Assembly (NCBI RefSeq): GCF_018977255.1
Contig: NW_024704742.1
Span: 41,356,001 to 41,420,000, forward strand
Source: Callorhinchus milii
Taxonomy: Eukaryota
Length of the DNA: 64,000 bases
Direction: 5' to 3'
Below, in pieces: positions 53,555 through 64,000 of this stretch (the first letter of the stretch is position 1; each line of letters begins with the position of its first letter). A program made the translations under genes and the position numbers. The notes below the pieces were generated by a model. The model was given only the letters and a program-made list of their open reading frames with translations. It ran no database searches and was not told the origin of the DNA.

Positions 53555-54170
53555 CCAAGGTGACATGTTTGACAACGGACTGTTAGAATCGAGCCACCCC
53601 TCTGTGGTGGTCTCGGTAGTCTAGTTCCTGAGCCAGGCAGGTTCACAGTACTCCAAGGCATTGCTGATGACAGCCCAACCAGGCTAAACCAAGATAGCCT
53701 GCTTGGCAATGGAATATTGGAATTGGGTCAATCCTTGGTAGTCTTGATTCCTACACCAGGCGGATCCACAGTAATCCTGGGAACTAATGATGACAGACCA
53801 ACTCAGACAGTTGGTCTTATCAGCAGGACTTGGAGGGGCAGACCAGTCACTGGGGGCAGGGATTTATCCTACTCAGCTCTTGTAAACCCTGCAAGCTCAG
53901 GCCAAAGTGCTTTCAATGGCCAGCTATGGTTTTGGCTGGTTGGATTTCAGCATTACCCCAAAACAAACTCTGGGGTCCCCAAGCCTTGGCTCTTGCCAGC
54001 CTACACCTAATACTCTCCAGAATTAGGTAAACAGAGTGCATTCCTCTAGAGAGAGAGGTCATTTCATTACATGGGAATTTCCATGTGTAGATGGGATGCA
54101 TGGAACTCTGATTTGGATTCTCTTAAGCATAGTGATGGGTTTCTATCAAAACATCTGGCTGACCGAAAAG
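53555..54170 (+). repeat. Longest copy of an unidentified dispersed repeat ending GGCTGACC plus A-rich tail
   Basis: Shares GGGGTCCCCAAGCCTTGGCTCTTGCCA, CCAGAATTAGGTAA, TTTCCATGTGTAG.TGGGATGCATGGAA and TTTGGAT.CT with other copies in the window. Confidence 0.8.
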
Positions 54171-54994
54171 AGAATAGTTGGTATGCAGGATGTTGAGGGA
54201 TATGGTGAAAGTTGCAGGGAAATGGTATTAAGTTGCAGATCAGCTATGATCTAAAAAAAGATATGGTGGAACAGGCTTGATGGGCTGAATGGACTACTTT
54301 TGTTTTTATGGTCAAAGTGTATTGTTTTTATGGTCAAACTGTAAGTATATTGATTGGCATTGGTTGGAGAAGGAAAACAAGTTCTGAGTGGAATTATTGA
54401 ACTGTGGTCAGCAAATTTATACAATAGGATGCAATTATATTTATATACCACATTTAGCATCAGGAGGATGTCTCAAAGTGCTCCAGGCTGCTGGGCACCT
54501 GAGTTGGGGTGGGGCCTGGGGAAGGAAAAGATGTCTGAAAATGCAGTAAGAGGTTAAATTGTAACCAAGTAGTCAAATGCTTCTTGAAGGTGTTTAATTA
54601 TATTTTCAAATTAGTTAGTCATAACTATATGATTCCTTGATAAGGTAATACTTAGAATATTTTTATAAATGTGGCTACATTACCTTCTAAAAGATCTATA
54701 AGTATCGGATAAGGTACAAAAGAATCATGTTAAGGACAAACTTACGCAAAATAAGTTGTTTTTATTGGAGATTAAAAGTGGACATGACCCAGATCTTTAA
54801 TAGATTAAATGGTATTTTGTATGCCTGTAATCAGATTATTTTATTTATGATTTAATTGTTCAGCACAGAAGAACAATTTGACCCTTCGTATCTATGCTGG
54901 GAATGTCTGTACTTTAAATTGTTTTAACATTTTCTCTGTGAAAAATAGTGTGTAATTTTTCTATTAATGTTATATATTTCACGTGAAGTTGCAG

Positions 54995-55195
54995 GAAGAA
55001 GATAAAAGTGGATTTCAAGAGGAGTTTGCCAATCTTTTGAAATATCCCATGATTGTTTATAGACGTGAGCCAGCAGTAGAAAGGGTGATTGAGTTTGTTG
55101 CAAAGTTTACTACTTCACTCGAGCAAGTGGACGAAGAAAATGATGATCAAGAAGAAGGCCCTTTTATGTCATTCATTTTTAACTTTCTACTTGAG
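54995..55195 (+). CDS. NCAPG: NCAPG coding exon 2
   Basis: EEDKSGFQEEF...YRREPAVERVIEFVAKF...FNFLLE. Acceptor TTGCAG|, donor GAG|GTATAG, 201 nt. An alternative AG lies 6 nt upstream. Confidence 0.93.
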
Positions 55196-56063
55196 GTATA
55201 GTATTACTCCAAATTTAATGAATTTTACAAAAGTAAGCAGTGCAATGATATGTTGCTATTTACAATGCCAAATGGCCAGAAAAATGATTCACTCCACTGT
55301 TTTCTTCAAAGAGTTTAGAATAGATAATACAGTAGTAGCAAATTGAACAAATTACAGTGAATTCTAGGATTAGCTGTAATCTTCATTTTTTTAGTATGAT
55401 TAGGAATGGTGATGAGATAAGTTTGTAGAAATAGGGAACTGAATAAAAAATGATAAACAGAGCAATGGAAGCCCCTTTGTAATTCATATTTGTGGTATTC
55501 TTGTAAATGGTTTCAATGTATTTTCGCCCTTGAGTCCTGGCTTGCAATGAGCTTTTAATTGTGTGGCCCTGGAGTCAACAAATGGGGTAAAATTATGTTA
55601 ATTCTTTTTAGTGTCGTAGCAGCTGTCAGAATACATCTGGAAAGTCTTCAGAGTGGATCTTTTGTGGTCTGAGGACCTGATGTGATGGGTCTGCAGTTTT
55701 ATGAAATGCAAAAAGTAATGTATCCATGTATGGAACATTTTATGACAGTTACACTGGAACAGAGGGGATTAACAAGAACAACAAATTGCATTTTTACATA
55801 TCTGTTGGCAGATGACCAGGTGTTGTAAATTGTGAAGAGAGGTAAAAAATACAAGGAGACCTAGACAGGTTAAGCAAATGGGCAGAACTATGGCAGATGG
55901 GGTTCAACATTTCAAAATGGGACAGAACATTAGTGTTTGGGAGGATGTTCTAAATGGGAGGGGTAAATTAGAAGACACATCTACAGGTTCAAGTTAATAC
56001 TTGAGAAAGATCAGCACATGGTTGGTTTTGAGCTGATCACGTTTCTTTATGTTTTGACGACAG

Positions 56064-56292
56064 TCTCACGAGGCATGTAGCCATTCTGTTCGATTCCGTG
56101 CCTGTCAGCTCATCAACAAGCTTCTTGTTAGTATGGCAGAAAATGCGCAGATTGATGATGAACTGTACGACCGTATTTACGAAGCCATGCTGATACGACT
56201 GAAAGACAAATTTCCAAATGTGCGAATACAAGCTGTGCTTGCTATGGCCAGGCTTCAGGACCCCAGCGATAACGATTGTCCTGTCATTAATG
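56064..56292 (+). CDS. NCAPG: NCAPG coding exon 3
   Basis: SHEACSHSVRFRACQLINKLL...RLKDKFPNVRIQAVLAMARLQDP (HEAT-repeat region). AG/GT flanks, 229 nt. Confidence 0.95.
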
Positions 56293-56859
56293 GTATGAGT
56301 TGTAAATGAACATTTTTTAAACTTTGTATCTTTTATAAGTTTATGAATATGTACTTTAAAGAACATTGCGTAAATTGTTATTCTGAGATTAATTTGCTGA
56401 ATTGTTTTAAATACAACTTTTTAATGAAAATGATTAAGTTAGATTAACTGTGGTGTGTATGTGCACTGTATGTGTAAACAAAATGTATATGTAGAACAAA
56501 ACAAATGCTTTTCAAGAATTAAGATTGTAAGCACCAATTTTGCTGATGATTTTTAAAAAATAATTACTTGGGATGCTAGGTATATTTCTTTACTGTATTA
56601 AATCTTTAGATGCACCAGTATGGGAGCAAAGAGCAATATTATTCCTACATGTGCCCCCAAATCATTTCATTTAGTAGTTAGTTGTAATCAGATTGTCTGC
56701 AGCTGTGAGTGGTCTGTGATGGAGCAGATCATGTTAAGATGGGAACAATTTCAAATAGTTCTTTTAACATGTTCATGTGTTGTTTTAGAAAGGTTGTCTC
56801 AAAAAAACTATTTTATTAAATACAATGTACTGTTAGTAGTGAACTGCTCATGACCCAAC

Positions 56860-56932
56860 TGTGCAGCGCCTTGGGACGTCCTCCTGACGTGAAAGGCGCT
56901 CTATAAATGGAATCTTGTTGTTGTTGTTGTTC
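56860..56932 (+). mobile_element. Short L2 3' terminus
   Basis: AGCGCCTTGGGACGTCCTCCTGACGTGAAAGGCGCTCTATAAATGGAATC(TTG)n. Confidence 0.85.
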
Positions 56933-57767
56933 CTCAGTATATGGTTCCAGAACAAGTCTTTTGATATCGAACATAAGCATACGAGGCACATGTGCTCCAT
57001 GGATGGCATAGAACTTGTCATGGGAAGCAGAAAGAGATCTAGGGGTGTTAGTTTACTCGTTGCTCGCCATGGCAAAACTGTGTGAGGCAGTAATAAATAA
57101 GGGAAACTGGATGCTGGACTAAATGCCAAATCAGTTCATATTTCCAAAAATCATACTTAAATTGCAGTGTTCTCTGGTCAGGCTGGAGCTGGATGGAGTA
57201 CAGAGTGCAGTTCAGTGACTCAACATTAGGCAGCTTCCCGGTTCGTAGAAGCAACAACAATAAATTGCATTTATATAGTCCCTCCTCACACAAGGTTGTG
57301 TCCCAGAGCACTTGCAATGCAAATGAGAATTATCCCGAATGTTAGAGGAAAGAGCTATGAGCAACGATTAGCCAAGTTAGGCTCTTCATCTTGAAAAAAG
57401 ATCTCTCCAAAGGGCATATTAGATTTTAGATTGGGGTTGAGAAAAACAACAATTATACCTCGGCAGTAGAGTAAGAGGCAGAGATTCAGGATAACAAAAA
57501 GCAGAGATATTTATTTACCTGGAAGATAATTAATGACTGGAACAGATTACATGAAGGCCAGGATGCGGATTTGTTTAAGAAACAGCTTGATACTATGATA
57601 AGAGGACAGTAGGGAAGATGAGATCAAATAAACTGAAGAGCATTTTCCATCCAAATTTTGTTGTTGACAGTGATCTGGTCTACTCATACAAGTTCTTCTG
57701 TGAAGTTGAAAGGTAACTTCTAGAATAAATCTTGATAACCATTAACAGCCCACAATTTGTCTTTTAG

Positions 57768-57913
57768 CGTATATGCATTTAATTGAATGCGACACAAATC
57801 CAGAGGTGAGACGAGCAGTGTTGTCCTGCATTGGTCCATCAGCCAAAACCCTTCCTAAGATTATTGGGCGCACTATGGATGTTAAAGAAAATGTCAGGAA
57901 ACTGGCTTACCAG
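57768..57913 (+). CDS. NCAPG: NCAPG coding exon 4
   Basis: AYMHLIECDTNPEVRRAVLSCIGPSAKTLPKIIGRTMDVKENVRKLAYQ. TTTTAG| ... CAG|GTAGG, 146 nt. Confidence 0.95.
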
Positions 57914-58984
57914 GTAGGTAATAAGGATGTAGTTACTAGTTACTCCTTGAAAGTTGCAAAATGTCCCGTTCTATTTTGATCAGAATTAGTTATTTATTTA
58001 TAAACTGTAGGAACAGTTTATAAACAAATGGTTTACAGATTACAACATAAACAGCCAGCAGATATTGTTTGTTGAAAAAAAAATTAGAATCGTATTGTAA
58101 TTGTAACAGATAAAGTTCCTGTCTGTCTGTAGCCTGGTCATGATAAAGGCTGAAGACAGAATTAGACTGAATCTGAAGCTTGATGCAAAGCACTGGAGTA
58201 AAAATCATTCAAACCTCTATCTTATCAACTATAATAATATAATAATCCTTGCATTTGATATAGCCTTATAACGTCTTTGAGATGTACTAAAGAGCTTCAC
58301 ACTGTAAAGTGAATTGACTGTATATTTTGTGGGCGAAACGCGGCAGCTAATTGCGCACAGCAGTGTTATTTTATTATTGTGGAACATATGATTGGGAATT
58401 ATTGAGATTATAATAGGGGTTCGCGATTGGAGTGTGGACCCTGACACATACTTACCAAAATATCTAATCCTCATCTTTACATGTCCTGTTTCTGAAAGTT
58501 AAACAAACAATGTTTTAACCTTCAGGAATGAGCCCTGTCAGGATAAGGATACAGTACAATACAGATTTTTAAAGCGTCTTTCAGGTCAGAAGTGTGTCCC
58601 AAAGCGCATAAAAATAGGATAATATCTGATTTTACTTCACATTTTTTTCAATGCAAGTAGCCAGAAGCTTTAATGTTTAATGTCTGATTTATATAATACA
58701 TGAAAAGCAAAACACCTACACTATCCAGGCTTGCTAGCAGATTGTAATTGGTTAGCACAGACTGTCTTTAGTTAGTTATCATTATGTACCATTTTACAAT
58801 TTGTCAGTTTGGATGGCATTATCAGTTGCTGTTGTCGTGGTTTATTTTTACTGTTACCTTGCATACAATTTGTATGTAAGTTTGACACTTACATACAAAT
58901 CGTACAGGGTTGTACTGCAGCCAACCCCTCCCCACCAAAAAAATTGCACTTTTCTGTTTTAGCAATTTTTTGATTTTCAAAAAC

Positions 58985-59115
58985 TAAAGAGATTAAGGGA
59001 TATGGGGATAGGGCGGTTAAATGGAATTAGATTAGAAGATCAGCCATGATCTTATTAAATGGCGGGGCAGGCTTGAGGGGCCGAATGGCCTACTCCTATT
59101 TCTTATGTTCTTATC
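58985..59115 (+). mobile_element. CR1 3'-end fragment
   Basis: GATTAAGGGATATGGGGA...GGCCGAATGGCCTACTCCT...TTCTTATGTTCTTAT. Confidence 0.8.
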
Positions 59116-59190
59116 TTTTCATTTTTTAATATTTAGATAGATACTGAATATTTTTAGTTAGAATTTTTACCTCAAATGGTGTTTAAAATG

Positions 59191-59552
59191 GTGGAGTCCT
59201 GAAGCTTAGTGGTTAGAGCACTCGCCTCGCAAGCAAGAGGACATAGGTTCGATTCCCGGGCTGGACGAAACGTTGGACAAGTTTCCTTACTCCACACGCC
59301 TCTTTACCTAGGAGTAAGTAGGAACCCGTTAGTTAGTCAATTGGCAGATTGCTTTGCTGGAGGTAATAATGCCTTAAAAAAAAATTTGGTCACTCAATCC
59401 TCAACTATTTGTGGAACACTGCTGTGCGCAATTAGCTACCGCGTTTCGCAAGAAAATATACAATCAATTCACTTTACGGTATCCTCTGTGAAGCACTTTG
59501 AGACATCACAAATACGTGATAAGGTGCTATATCAAATACAAGGATCATTATA
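59191..59552 (+). mobile_element. tRNA-Deu SINE in NCAPG intron
   Basis: GTGGAGTCCTG head, core and tail. Confidence 0.88.
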
Positions 59553-59604
59553 AAATCTTTTATTGGGTAATGTAGCAAACTTTTAAGGTTTGTTTTCACT
59601 TTAG

Positions 59605-59689
59605 ATCTTGGCAGAGAAGATACACATAAAGGCCTTTTCCATTGCACAAAGAGTAAAACTGCTGGAGCAGGGCTTGAATGACCGATCAG
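59605..59689 (+). CDS. NCAPG: NCAPG coding exon 5
   Basis: ILAEKIHIKAFSIAQRVKLLEQGLNDRS. TTTAG| ... CAG|GTAAG, 85 nt. Confidence 0.95.
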
Positions 59690-60005
59690 GTAAGATATGT
59701 ACATGTAGCTTTGCTTTTAACAAACATGATACACACATACTGCAGGTTTGAGCAACCCTCTTACAACATGCCTGCAAAAAAACTAGGAAATTTGATAAAT
59801 TGACATTGTGCTTTGAGTGTAGCACAAATGATGAAATATTGTTAACCAATAACAAATTGCATTTATTTAGCACCCTTAACACAGGGTAGCGTCTAAGAGC
59901 CTAAAGCGTTTACTATTTTTCTTTTACAAAGACGTTTAGAATAATTTCAAGACTTTTGTGCCTTGTCAAATCTATTGACTTTATTAATGTAATTTGTATT
60001 TATAG

Positions 60006-60198
60006 ATGCTGTTAAAGAAATCGTACAGAAAAAACTGTTGCAGGCCTGGCTTCATTCAATGGAGGGCAATGTTTTAGACTTACTTCATCGCCTGGATGTT
60101 GAAAACTGTGTTGACGTTGCTGTGTCTGTACTTAATGCCACGTTTGCCCTATCCTCCATCAAGGATCTGGCAGAAAACTGTCACAAACTAGATAATAG
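60006..60198 (+). CDS. NCAPG: NCAPG coding exon 6
   Basis: DAVKEIVQKKLLQAWL...GNVLDLLHRLDVENC. TATAG| ... AG|GTGAGG, 193 nt. Confidence 0.95.
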
Positions 60199-60535
60199 GT
60201 GAGGTTGCTTTTTATTTTCACTTGTTAATGAATACGATTGAGCTCTTATAAAGCTAATTGGTTTGGCAGGAAATGTTGCACAGGACCAAGCTTTTCTGTT
60301 AATCAATTATGATTTCCACTTGAAGCATTATCTCAATCTTACCGTGTTAATCCTGATTATTTTGTAATTTCTGTTTCTCTTGGCAGAACTTTTTCTTAAG
60401 ACAAACTTTTTCTATGCTGTGCATTTTGTGAAACTACAAAGTACATGTACTAAGATTTATAAAAAAATAAAGAAACAATATACAGTGGACAGGCACTGAG
60501 CAGCTACCTTACAAAATTGTGTCTTTATTCTTCAG

Positions 60536-60685
60536 AAAGGTTATTTCAGCGGAGAATCTAACATGTGAGAATGCTTTGTACTGGAGATGCCTCTGTCAGT
60601 TTATGAAGTCAAAGGGAGATGAAGGAGAAGAAGCTTTGGAAAAACTTTTGCCTGAAGCAGCCATTTATGCTGCATATCTCCTGAG
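60536..60685 (+). CDS. NCAPG: NCAPG coding exon 7
   Basis: RKVISAENLTCENALYWRCLCQFMKSKGDEGEEALEKLLPE. TTCAG| ... AG|GTATAG, 150 nt. Confidence 0.95.
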
Positions 60686-60834
60686 GTATAGTTTTTAAAA
60701 TGATTCATTTTAAATGTGCTGCTGATTACTATCAGTGACCAATGTGATATCTTAGAATACAACCCTTGCATTCTGTATTGCATGGGATTCAAGATTTTCG
60801 GTCCATTTCCATAATAGTTGATTTGATTAGTTGT

Positions 60835-61252
60835 GTCTCACAACCAACACAACCGAAACCCTCGTTCACACCTTTGTCACTTCCTGGCTGGACTATTCCA
60901 ATGCCGTCCTCATTGGTCTCCCTGGCTCTACCATACACAAAATCCCAATTCATTCAAAACTCTGTACCCCCATCATACCAGTCCTTGCCAGGCTCCACTG
61001 GCTCCCAATTACTGAACGGATCTATTTCAAGATCCTGTCACTTGTTTTCAAATCCCTTCATGCTCTCCCAACTCCCTACCTATCCGATCTGCTTACCTCC
61101 CACTCCATCACCGCACTGCCTCCGCTCGGCTGGCTTCAGCCTCCTTTTTGTCCCTTGTGCCCTCCGCTCCGCAATCTGTGACCATGCCTTCAACCACCCA
61201 GCCCCCAAACTGGAATTCTCCCTCAATCCTTCCGCCTTGCCCTCTCCTTTGT
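60835..61252 (+). mobile_element. L2 fragment
   Basis: [39 protein letters not shown]. Confidence 0.85.
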
Positions 61253-61261
61253 GAAAGGCTC

Positions 61262-61628
61262 AGGTTGAGAGTTGGAACCCATATAGTCTACGATGATACT
61301 CCAGTGTAGTGCTGGGAGTATGCTGCATTATTGGAGGTGCCTTTCTTCAGATGAGATATTAAGCATATATCTGCCTGCCCAAGATGTTAAAGATCCCATG
61401 TCACTATTCAAAGAGAATTTAGTTTATTTCAGTGTCCTGACCAAGACTCCCTCAAATAAAGTTGATCACTGGTTCTGTTTGTGGGACATTGCTTTGAGCA
61501 AACTCTCTGCTATGTGCGATCCCAAAGTACACTCAGTGACACCACTGTACAGAATATCCTGTGAGGCGCTTTGAGATGCCATAACAACGTGATATGGCGT
61601 TATATCAAATTAAAGGTTGATTATTATT
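61262..61628 (+). mobile_element. Older DeuSINE-like element abutting NCAPG exon 8
   Basis: AAAGATCCCATGTCACTATT, GTTTGTGGGACATTGC, tail ...TATATCAAATTAAAGGTTGATTATTATT. Confidence 0.8.
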
Positions 61629-61636
61629 TTATCTAG

Positions 61637-61777
61637 GTACCTGAAAAACCTTCCTGTTCTAATGGAATCCCAGAGGGTTAATTTTGAACGGATTGAAGAA
61701 TTAATGAAGAACGAATTTATCAGCCAACAGCTCATCATCCTTGTTGGTTGCCTGGATACATCAGAAGAGGGTGGCAG
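61637..61777 (+). CDS. NCAPG: NCAPG coding exon 8
   Basis: YLKNLPVL...NEFISQQLIILVGCLDTSEEGGR. TCTAG| ... AG|GTATGT, 141 nt. Confidence 0.95.
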
Positions 61778-62021
61778 GTATGTTCCATTGATATAGTTTC
61801 TTTAATTGTTACAAATGTAGCATAGCTTCACATTTCCCTTCATGCTTTTTGATTTTACATGGGAACGCTATCTTTGTAGGACACGTATTGTTCAGCATGG
61901 TTACCCAATGAATAGTGTGCCTTAATTAACACTTCTGTGTGGATGCATTCGGTTGACCCTCACTTATTCCAAGCAAATGGATTATATCCCCCATATTCAA
62001 ACTTTTTTCTCTGTTTTATAG

Positions 62022-62145
62022 AAAGTGGCTTCTATCTATGTTGCAAGAAATTCTGGTGCTGCCAAACACACCAAACTCTCTTGTTGCATTACTGATAGAA
62101 CAATTGCTGCTAATTCAAAAGGATGAAGACAGAAGGATTCGGCTG
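62022..62145 (+). CDS. NCAPG: NCAPG coding exon 9 (gene continues beyond window)
   Basis: RKWLLSMLQEILVLPNTPNSLVALLIEQLLLIQKDEDRRIRL. TATAG| ... CTG|GTAAG, 124 nt. The nine exons sum to 1380 nt with matching phases. Confidence 0.95.
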
Positions 62146-63265
62146 GTAAGAGAGTACATTTTGGGGAATATTATTATAGTTCGGTGCAATTTTGTATTTA
62201 TTAATATTAGAAGGAGCAATACTAGTCACTTCGTATCAACTTTTTTGGGACCTCGTATCAATTTGTTTACTGTTGTTGGTTTTGATTTGCTCAACTCAAT
62301 GTTTCATTAGTGTTATTTTTTCTGGACTTCTAAACTTAATAATTGTCATTTCCTAGCAAAGAATTAAAGGCCTGCATCAGGTCACCTCACCCTCTGTACT
62401 TTTATTTTTATAAAGGAATCTACATTTCTGAGAAAATTCTTACTTTCATGGGAGATTCACTTTAGTTTAGTGACCGTATTTATAGTTGAACAGAGTAGTC
62501 AATTTGCACACATCTCACGTGTGTGAAGTAAATTACCAATTTTATCTACAGGATTTGGACCTGCACACTAGGACAAAACTCCCTTTTTTTCAAATAGTGT
62601 CTTTAATAGAGCATATTTAACTTTGACTTGAAAAGACAAGATGGGACAGATTAATTTAATGGCTCATTTGAAGGATGACACCTCCAATGATGCCAGGCTT
62701 TCTGAACTGCATTGGAGTGTCAGCCGAGATTATGAGTTGAACCCAAGATCTTCTGACTTGGAGACATTCGTGCTGCTAACTGAGCTAAGATGACACCTCT
62801 GTGTGATATACTTTTAGTGCTGTTCTAAACTTTTTTTTCACAACCTTGAATGTCGGTCCTTTTGTCCTGCCTTGGCATCTCTGAAAGCTGTTATGGGTTT
62901 ACTTTCACCTGTTACACATCATGTTTAATTTCCTTACACCATCAAGTGCTTCATTACAGAAAAAATATCAATTTGGAGGGAGGCCCAGGTTGCTCGACTA
63001 CATCATTTCTTAGTAAAGGATTGAATGAGACATAGAAAAAACTTAATCGTGATAATCGTTGTATTTGTTATAGTGCCTTACCACGTCATTGAGATGTTTC
63101 AGAGTGCTTCACAGAATATACTGTAAAGTGAATTGACTATATTTTGTGGACAAGACAGGCTTAGACAATTGCACACATCACACGAGCAGCCGTGGATTGA
63201 GTGACCAAATTTTTTTTTTTTGGAGGGATTATTAAGCAATCTGACAATTGACTAACAATCAGGTT

Positions 63266-64000
63266 CAACACAACAACATCAAAATTACATTTATAGAGCG
63301 CCTTTCACGTCGGGAGGACGTCCCAAAGCGCTGAACAGTCAGCTGTCGGGGCCCGAGCATGGGGGAGGGGTGGTGTAGGGGTGAGGGAAGGCAGAGAGGT
63401 GGGACAGAGACCAAAGGCACTGTCGAAGAGAAGGGTCTTCAGACCGGCCTTGAAGGAGGCAAGGGAGGAAGCGAGGCAAAGGGACTGTGGGATGGAGTTC
63501 CAGAGTGAGGGGCAGAGAGGCTGAAAGCCCGGGCACCGATGGTAGGGAGGGGTGGGTGGAAGACATGGAGCAGACCGGAGCCTGATGAACGGAGGGAGCG
63601 GGCAGGTTGGTAGGGAGTCAGCAGTTCAGAGAGGTAGGAGGGGGCGAAGCCATGGATGGCCTTAAAGGTGAGGACGAGGATCTTGAACTCGATCCTCTGG
63701 GGGATGGGGAGCCAGTGGAGTCGGGCGAGGGTGGGAGTGATGGGGTCGCGGAGCCTGGTGCGGGACAGTACATGAGCTGCAGAGTTTTGGATGATCTGCA
63801 GCTTGTGAAGGGAAGAGTTGGGAAGGCCAATGAGAAGGGAGTTCCCGTAATCGAGCCTTGAGGTGATGAATGCGTGGGTGAGGATTTCAGGATTTCTGAG
63901 GGTTGAGGCAGTGGCGGTGTCTGGCAATGTTGCGGAGGTGGTGGTAGGCAGTGCCAGTTATGGCGCGGATATGGGGGAGAAAGGACAGTTCAGGATCAAA
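63266..64000 (-). mobile_element. Young L2 3' portion, runs off window
   Basis: [19 protein letters not shown]...[15 protein letters not shown]; same 3' stem-loop as 40935-40985. Confidence 0.92.

Noticed and set aside
1..64000. CRISPR arrays, operons or prokaryotic defence systems
   Set aside because: The sequence is eukaryotic with spliceosomal introns. Recurring motifs are dispersed SINE/LINE tails, not regularly spaced repeats.

Overview
Vertebrate genomic DNA. The repeat content (CR1 and L2 LINEs, Deu-domain tRNA-derived SINEs, LF-SINE-like relics) points to a cartilaginous fish, possibly a holocephalan; this is inference. Two protein-coding genes lie head to head. On the minus strand is coding exon 1 of a FAM184-family gene (39124-38981), assigned to FAM184B by motif and by adjacency to NCAPG, and its intron 1 appears to fill 1-38980. 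On the plus strand is NCAPG (condensin I subunit G), with a probable non-coding first exon at a CpG-island promoter (~50.8-51.0 kb) and nine coding exons (53110-62145) that splice in phase to 460 codons and continue beyond the window. The rest is mostly retroposon debris: a CR1 split by a solo LTR, a nested L2 cluster at 39.96-44.8 kb, many SINEs that share the L2 3' stem-loop, and an unidentified structured repeat with A-rich ends. The most interesting signals are (1) a possible spliced antisense transcript from the NCAPG promoter, at the position where mammals have DCAF16; (2) a fold-back inverted duplication just upstream of the NCAPG ATG exon; (3) a SINE tail forming the 3' splice site of an NCAPG exon; and (4) the unclassified structured repeat, which contains a hammerhead-like junction. 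Repeat boundaries were read by eye and are approximate, and homology calls come from recalled sequences rather than searches.
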